64,000 nt of DNA, taken from the IMG/VR virus record IMGVR_UViG_3300034073_003340, positions 124,001 through 188,000 of that record. One strand, 5' to 3'. The notes under the pieces were generated by a model. The model was not told the origin of the DNA, did no database searches, and worked only from the letters and a program-made list of their open reading frames with translations. Shown piece after piece: positions 58,754 through 64,000 of this stretch. Each line of letters opens with the position of its first letter. Within the stretch, counting starts at the first letter, position 1. Position numbers and translations under genes: made by a program.

Positions 58754-58993
58754 ATGCTCACCTTTTTGGCGAAACTGATACTAATAATCACTGGATTGTT
58801 GTCAGGTCTGAGTTTTCTGATTTTTCTATTGTTTACCCTATTAGCAGTTTTCATGCTAGTCCATGCTTGGCTAGACCGTGATTTTGATTTCAAGGATCGC
58901 TTTCTGATGACAGGTATCCTTGGCTTTTCTGTTATGTGGGGTAGCTTGTTGACGTATCTAGCCGGATCTTTTACCGTCTACTGCTTGACATGA
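58754..58993 (+). CDS. Small 2-TM membrane protein
   Basis: GAGGA SD; two hydrophobic segments. Confidence 0.55.
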   Translation: MLTFLAKLILIITGLLSGLSFLIFLLFTLLAVFMLVHAWLDRDFDFKDRFLMTGILGFSVMWGSLLTYLAGSFTVYCLT

Positions 58994-59211
58994 AAAATAT
59001 TGCTTTCTTGTGCTGCACCGCAATATGGGTGGTACAAGGAGTTCAAAATGTTTCTACTAGAAGTCACTGTAACGTTCAATCTCGCTCTTGTTATCGCATA
59101 CACCGCATACGCTGCCTATAACGCCAGTGTAATGAGACAGGATCAATCCAAAGGCTGATCTGATAATCTTAGTGACATAAATTCCTTTCAGTGTAAAATA
59201 TACTGAAAGGA

Positions 59212-59520
59212 ATGGATGTGGATACGTTAGATCAAGACGAGCATAATCCCAGTATGCTCCAATCAGAAAAAATTTCAAATAGTCGCAGCATCACCAGAGA
59301 GCCTCATATATTCAGGCTCACTCAAAGCTTTCTACCTGGCGGTGGAGTCAACATCGTCATAGTTAGCTTTGACGGTTCTATCGTTCATATCCTACAAAAC
59401 GATGACTATTGGAATAGCGAATTCAAGTGTGGCGAGAACCGCATATACGTCAAGGGTTATTGGGATCTCTTGGACAACAATATCTATCTTGGTGAAAGAG
59501 TAAACGACCAGTCATGGTAG
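59212..59520 (+). CDS. Hypothetical protein
   Basis: First ORF of the right-hand array. Confidence 0.55.
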   Translation: MDVDTLDQDEHNPSMLQSEKISNSRSITREPHIFRLTQSFLPGGGVNIVIVSFDGSIVHILQNDDYWNSEFKCGENRIYVKGYWDLLDNNIYLGERVNDQSW

Positions 59521-59720
59521 TTGAAAAATTTAGCCAAGTCTGGCCTTACGTTGTAAGGATTCAGGAAGGTATCTCTTACGACGAGATACTCGCTTGGGCG
59601 TTTACTCGCGCTGAGTCCATGGGTCTCGAGTCACGTGATATCTATACTAGCTTTTCACGTCTTCATTTTGGTTTCAAAGACAAACAAATAGCCATGGAGT
59701 TTAAACTCCGATTTGGTTGA
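59514..59720 (+). CDS. FKLxWG-family protein
   Basis: WPY.V...ILAW...FGFKDKQIAMEFKLRFG. Confidence 0.75.
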   Translation: MVVEKFSQVWPYVVRIQEGISYDEILAWAFTRAESMGLESRDIYTSFSRLHFGFKDKQIAMEFKLRFG

Positions 59721-59750
59721 CAGTTTATCTGAATGCGCTATTATGGTATG

Positions 59751-59984
59751 ATGCGCCAGATCGTAAGCAAATATCGTGAATTTCCGATCGCGTTGGAATG
59801 GAATTCCAACTCAAAAGATAGCGACTTTTCACAATGGAAAAACGATCTTGGACTCAGATATAACCGTGACTACATTCTATTCGAATATGAAGAGCAACGT
59901 CATCCTGCCAAATATTCAACAGCAGTAGCCTTCAAGAACAAAGACAACGCTTTGCTTTACAAAATCAGGTTTGCTGGACTATGA
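59751..59984 (+). CDS. FKLxWG-family protein (likely leaderless)
   Basis: VAFKNKDNALLYKIRF; ATG 34 nt after TTGACA. Confidence 0.65.
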   Translation: MRQIVSKYREFPIALEWNSNSKDSDFSQWKNDLGLRYNRDYILFEYEEQRHPAKYSTAVAFKNKDNALLYKIRFAGL

Positions 59985-60505
59985 TCGGTTGGTCATATAG
60001 AAACATCTTCATTCCATTGAAGACTATCACCCACACATACCAAGATGGTTTTACTATGCGGCCGGAAGTTTACGATTGGCTAGATAGAAATCATGGCTGG
60101 GATGGACCGGATCGCTACTTTGTTAGTGATCCCAACGAAGCACGTCCGTTTGAAACATGGCAAAACGTTGATAACGAATGGGCTAAGATGATATTCAATC
60201 ATCCCGAAATGGCCTATCAGTTTTTATTAGCGTTCACCGACCTAACACCCGAACACAAATATCAGGTAAAGATCTCCATTCCAACTCATTATTGGACTAA
60301 GAGGAATGACATCGTTTGCGCAATGGCATCGCAATTGATCTTTCTGGCTCAACGTGGCTTGGTAGAAGATAAAGACTTTGTCTGGTCTATGATCAAAATG
60401 AGTTATGAAGATCTTGATCTCAATGAGGAAAATAGCGAGATCGTTTTTTCTTTCTTAGATCGTAGTGCCGCTCTCATGTTCAAATTGTCTTGGGGTGGAT
60501 CATGA
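59981..60505 (+). CDS. Two-domain FKLxWG-family protein
   Basis: MIFNHPEMAYQFLLAF and FSFLDRSAALMFKLSWGG. Confidence 0.75.
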   Translation: MIGWSYRNIFIPLKTITHTYQDGFTMRPEVYDWLDRNHGWDGPDRYFVSDPNEARPFETWQNVDNEWAKMIFNHPEMAYQFLLAFTDLTPEHKYQVKISIPTHYWTKRNDIVCAMASQLIFLAQRGLVEDKDFVWSMIKMSYEDLDLNEENSEIVFSFLDRSAALMFKLSWGGS

Positions 60506-60729
60506 TCTCTTCGGATATCATAGCATCAGGAAGGTATCATCAAGTCAACATACCATTTTGTGATGATAGTCTATATGGCAACGAGGTGATCAGCTGGCTA
60601 ACCGAACACGGTATCAAGTGGCATCTGGATTTTGATTTTGATATGAATGGCGGTCAGATTGGGTATTGTTCCTTTTTCTTTAGATCAAGAAAACATGCCA
60701 TCTGGACCGCACTGGTCTGGCTATCATGA
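60502..60729 (+). CDS. FKLxWG-family protein
   Basis: VISWLTEH...FFFRSRKHAIWTALVW; ATGA overlap. Confidence 0.7.
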   Translation: MISSDIIASGRYHQVNIPFCDDSLYGNEVISWLTEHGIKWHLDFDFDMNGGQIGYCSFFFRSRKHAIWTALVWLS

Positions 60730-60971
60730 AAAGAATGAACAAAGACGAATGGTTGCGAGAATGCCCTTACCATTTTCTAATAGTAAACAGTCTAGACATT
60801 GACGCAGCCATTGAGTGGTGCTTGGACTCTCTTGAGCCAAGAGAGTGGTTTGTTGTAGAAAACTCTTCCATTTTTGATCCTTCAACTATGGAAAGAACTT
60901 CCGAAATGCTTTTTGCTTTTAGACACAAAAAGCACGCTATGATTTTCAAACTTAGATGGTGGAAAATCTAA
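60726..60971 (+). CDS. FKLxWG-family protein
   Basis: AIEWC...FAFRHKKHAMIFKLRW. Confidence 0.75.
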   Translation: MKRMNKDEWLRECPYHFLIVNSLDIDAAIEWCLDSLEPREWFVVENSSIFDPSTMERTSEMLFAFRHKKHAMIFKLRWWKI

Positions 60972-61010
60972 ATATTGATTTGTTGAATACCATCGCTCTA
61001 GATATTCCAT

Positions 61011-61283
61011 ATGAACGCCGCATTAGAGCTAAATCTGAATCCAGAATTCAAGCATATCGTATGGGTCAAAATGGATGGCCACATCATGAGCGAATCAGCG
61101 CAGGAACAGCGAGACCAGCTAGCTGTGTGGTTTCTTCGTAGCAACATCGAGGAATCCGACATTGAAAGTGTCTACGCCACTATCGATGAAAATAAGCCAT
61201 CATGGAAGATTCCTGCCACTCATATGATCTTCGCTTTCAAAGACCCTCAGAAAGCCGCGCTGTTTAAGCTTGCCTGGGGATAA
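61011..61283 (+). CDS. FKLxWG-family protein
   Basis: FAFKDPQKAALFKLAWG. Confidence 0.75.
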   Translation: MNAALELNLNPEFKHIVWVKMDGHIMSESAQEQRDQLAVWFLRSNIEESDIESVYATIDENKPSWKIPATHMIFAFKDPQKAALFKLAWG

Positions 61284-61291
61284 AATAGAAC

Positions 61292-61522
61292 ATGGAAGAA
61301 ATCTATGTAAAAACCCGCAAGCTCACCATGGCTAATCTTGAGAATGTCAGCAAATGGCTTGATGACAATGTCACTGGTCCCGTAACGATAAGAGGCACTC
61401 ATTACCGAACTTATATCCAGCAATATTGCGGAGAAAACGATGGTAACAAAAAAATCCACGTCTTAAAAGTCAGTTTTTTCAACGAAACAGATGCTCGTCA
61501 CTTTTTGATGGCTTGGGGTTGA
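61292..61522 (+). CDS. FKLxWG-family protein
   Basis: VSKWLDDN...VSFFNETDARHFLMAWG. Confidence 0.75.
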   Translation: MEEIYVKTRKLTMANLENVSKWLDDNVTGPVTIRGTHYRTYIQQYCGENDGNKKIHVLKVSFFNETDARHFLMAWG

Positions 61523-61564
61523 CAAATCACCTCTTTTTGCTAAAACGTGGCGAAAGGAGGACAT

Positions 61565-61810
61565 ATGGCTGACTTGCGTGATATACCTGAGATCTACCCC
61601 AATGAGGTTACACTCAAGCATCAAGGCCGCCGCTATGACGTCAGCCTCGCAGTCGTCAAATGGCTTGAGTCCCACAAGATCATGAATATCGAGGATTTTC
61701 ACCTCGAGATGAATTTCTCTGAAGACAAGATCGCAGTTCTATTCAAGAAGAAAAAGAACGCCAAGATCTTCAAGAAAAACAAAAAGACTATTCGTGAGTC
61801 GGTCAATTGA
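61565..61810 (+). CDS. FKLxWG-family variant with Lys-rich tail
   Basis: VVKWLESH...VLFKKKKNAKIFKK; own promoter and AGGAGG SD. Confidence 0.65.
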   Translation: MADLRDIPEIYPNEVTLKHQGRRYDVSLAVVKWLESHKIMNIEDFHLEMNFSEDKIAVLFKKKKNAKIFKKNKKTIRESVN

Positions 61811-62103
61811 CAACCCACGTCGGTGTCTGGCTTGGTCCAACCCAGGAGGGTATGGACAAACTAGGCAAAATTACCAAATGGCTGAGTGAAGGAAACTTCG
61901 TACCAGCCTATAGTATGACAGATCTAGTTTGGGGCAAGAACAAATATTTCTCTCGTCTCACTCAAAATAAAACAAATCCATTTTCCTACACAGTGTCAGA
62001 ATCTTGTCCGCCAGACGAGATTAATGCTGATTTTTACCTTCACGTTTATTTTAAGTCAGCAGAAGATGCCCTACTTTTCAAGCTTACATGGGGTGGACAA
62101 TGA
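61807..62103 (+). CDS. FKLxWG-family protein
   Basis: VYFKSAEDALLFKLTWGG. Confidence 0.75.
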   Translation: MTTHVGVWLGPTQEGMDKLGKITKWLSEGNFVPAYSMTDLVWGKNKYFSRLTQNKTNPFSYTVSESCPPDEINADFYLHVYFKSAEDALLFKLTWGGQ

Positions 62104-62456
62104 AAGTTTGGCCAGGCTCTACAGTTGATACTCGACTAACAAAGGTCGAAGTGCCGTTACCGCATAGTCAGCTGGTTCTGAATAAACATATTCGCGAAAC
62201 CGCCCCGGAGATTCAACATCTCCTATTCATGCCTGAAATGGACTTGTGGTTTCAAGACCATAATCTCAATAGGGCGCCTGATCCTGTTGATGTTTATAAG
62301 AACTCTGGCTATGATTTCGCAACTGACCGACGGATCATAAACGTTCGGGGTCTTGGATCAGTAGGCGGTTGGGTCAAGGAAACCAATCAGATCAATTTTT
62401 ACTTTCTGGACCCCAAGATGGCTGTTTTGTTCAAACTAGTGTGGTGCGGCCAATGA
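62100..62456 (+). CDS. FKLxWG-family protein
   Basis: FYFLDPKMAVLFKLVWCG; ATGA overlap. Confidence 0.75.
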   Translation: MKVWPGSTVDTRLTKVEVPLPHSQLVLNKHIRETAPEIQHLLFMPEMDLWFQDHNLNRAPDPVDVYKNSGYDFATDRRIINVRGLGSVGGWVKETNQINFYFLDPKMAVLFKLVWCGQ

Positions 62457-62677
62457 CAAAGAAGGAATGGCCATATAGGGTAACCGCAGTGGTTCATGAG
62501 CTCAAATTCAGAGAGCTGTTGACATGGCTTCATGATGCCGGCCATACTCTTCACGCTACGGTGAAATTTGGAAAACAACATCGTCTAACCATAGATAGTC
62601 CTATGGTAAAACAGGAAGTTGCTTTCAAGGACGGAAATCAAGCAATGATATTCAAACTAGCGTGGGGTGGAAAATGA
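62453..62677 (+). CDS. FKLxWG-family protein
   Basis: WPY.V...LLTWL...VAFKDGNQAMIFKLAWGG. Confidence 0.75.
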   Translation: MTKKEWPYRVTAVVHELKFRELLTWLHDAGHTLHATVKFGKQHRLTIDSPMVKQEVAFKDGNQAMIFKLAWGGK

Positions 62678-62934
62678 CACCTCAACAAAAGGCAATGGCG
62701 CAAATTCTTCAAGTCACCTTGTTTAAGTTGGCAGAAGAAACCCATCAAATATTAGATCGACTCCGTCAAAGATATCCTGATTCACGAGAAAGATTTGACC
62801 TTTTGAGTCGGCAAGTAGAAACTGCCGTTGATAGGACTCTTGAAGATTATCATACCAACGGTAGAAATTTTTCAGTTCAAGAAATGGACAAGATCCATTC
62901 TGATATTATTGAGATAAGACGTCTCCTTGGGTAA
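62674..62934 (+). CDS. Helical hypothetical protein within the array
   Basis: ATGA overlap; lacks the C-terminal motif. Confidence 0.6.
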   Translation: MTPQQKAMAQILQVTLFKLAEETHQILDRLRQRYPDSRERFDLLSRQVETAVDRTLEDYHTNGRNFSVQEMDKIHSDIIEIRRLLG

Positions 62935-63220
62935 AGAAACATATCTTGGTGTACAATGGACAACTGTTTTGATCCCTATTACCTCCATGGTTTGCGTAAC
63001 AAAATTGGCCTACGATGGATATGGCAAATATGATGTATTGAATTTGCCCGAAGACATGGAGAATTGGCTTTACAGCGAAACTGATGGCATACAGCACTCC
63101 AGAGTAGATAAGAGACACTGGTGGTGGGATATTGATGATATAGACCATGTTAAATTTTACTTTAGAGACGTCTCTACTGCTATCAAGTTCAAATTAACAT
63201 GGGGTGGCGTATGTCGCTGA
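62927..63220 (+). CDS. FKLxWG-family protein
   Basis: MENWL...FYFRDVSTAIKFKLTWGG. Confidence 0.75.
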   Translation: MGKETYLGVQWTTVLIPITSMVCVTKLAYDGYGKYDVLNLPEDMENWLYSETDGIQHSRVDKRHWWWDIDDIDHVKFYFRDVSTAIKFKLTWGGVCR

Positions 63221-63540
63221 TACTCTGGGATAGTGATAATCCCCTTAAAGTTATCATCACACAGGCCATTGATTACAATCAATTAGTTTTGCGAGAACCT
63301 CGGTCGGACGCTGAAAAAGAAGAGAGGCGCAACAGAAGAAATAAACAAACGTCTTCAGAAAAGCTACGTGATCTATTTTGGGAGACTTTTCAGGCACATT
63401 GGCGGGCTTCTCCTTTTTATTCGTGGTTTGAAGAGTTCTGCCCGGGTTATAAAGTATTCAAGATGTCTGGAACCGATAGTGTGTCCATTGAGTTCGCAGA
63501 TCACAGACAGGCGGTCCTATTCAAATTGACATGGGGGTAG
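63211..63540 (+). CDS. FKLxWG-family protein
   Basis: IEFADHRQAVLFKLTWG. Confidence 0.75.
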   Translation: MSLILWDSDNPLKVIITQAIDYNQLVLREPRSDAEKEERRNRRNKQTSSEKLRDLFWETFQAHWRASPFYSWFEEFCPGYKVFKMSGTDSVSIEFADHRQAVLFKLTWG

Positions 63541-63542
63541 GC

Positions 63543-63761
63543 GTGAGCGGCTGTATTCTACCTTTTGATAAAGTGGCCAGCTATGACTGGAATAGAGAAA
63601 TCAAAGTCCTTATAAACGAGGATATACGGATTTGGCTATCTGAACACCAGGGTTCATATGTTTGGTTGATCAACTCAGTATCACATATCGAAAGCTGGCA
63701 GGTATCCTTTGAATTCGTTAATCACTCTGACTTGGTGTTGTTCAAATTGACTTTTGGTTAA
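63543..63761 (+). CDS. FKLxWG-family protein
   Basis: IRIWLSEH...FEFVNHSDLVLFKLTFG. Confidence 0.75.
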   Translation: MSGCILPFDKVASYDWNREIKVLINEDIRIWLSEHQGSYVWLINSVSHIESWQVSFEFVNHSDLVLFKLTFG

Positions 63762-64000
63762 ATGTGGCTTCATAATAGTCACATGCGTATATGTAGAATC
63801 TACCAGGTAAAATTCAAGGGTAAAATGGCCAGTCTCAACTCGCCAGCGTCAGTTGAGTATTGGGTAGTTGATGATGATGGTAAACGATCTCAAGTTCGTA
63901 TACCCAATCATCCAAAGATCATAGAAGCTTTTGAATGGATGAATGAAAACGATTGTCTAAGACATCTCCAGAACGCCACACCTAGCTACCAGAACAACCA
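63762..64000 (+). CDS. Partial ORF, probably another family member
   Basis: Open to window end; AFEWMNEN helix motif. Confidence 0.5.
   Translation, partial: MWLHNSHMRICRIYQVKFKGKMASLNSPASVEYWVVDDDGKRSQVRIPNHPKIIEAFEWMNENDCLRHLQNATPSYQNN

Noticed and set aside
58657-58881. 74-aa ORF overlapping 58754-58993
   Set aside because: No clear SD and extensive overlap with a better-supported membrane ORF; cannot be excluded.
59514-63761. FKLxWG arrays as integron cassettes or DGR targets
   Set aside because: No attC-like palindromes, integrase, RT or near-identical template/variable repeat pair; genes overlap directly.

Overview
A 64 kb segment of a large T4-related ('jumbo'-type) dsDNA bacteriophage. 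The host is probably an alphaproteobacterium, inferred from the style of IF-1 and ClpA, TTGAC-N15/16-GCTA promoters and many apparently leaderless genes. Replication and repair genes: family B polymerase, sliding clamp, clamp loader, NAD-dependent ligase, UvsE and a DnaE fragment. Other content: two late operons of virion fibre/collagen proteins, a holin-like gene, host-like proteostasis and translation genes (ClpA, ClpP, DnaJ, GroES, peptide deformylase, IF-1, a minimal ValRS, 3 tRNAs) and nucleotide-pool enzymes (2 MazG-like, 2 HAD, Nudix, dCMP deaminase, PhoH). The most striking unexplained feature is a family of about 29 short, otherwise very divergent genes in tandem arrays. They share a 'W(L/C)...F-x4-A-x2-FKL-x-WG' module, and its WG(G) codons often double as the ribosome-binding site of the next gene. 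Also notable: an editing-less, frameshifted ValRS; an orphan ATP-ligase N-terminal domain beside the NAD ligase; a ClpA ending in a beta-clamp-binding-like motif; a degenerate QueD-like protein; and several candidate structured RNAs. All product calls are from motif recognition by eye; no database searches were run.
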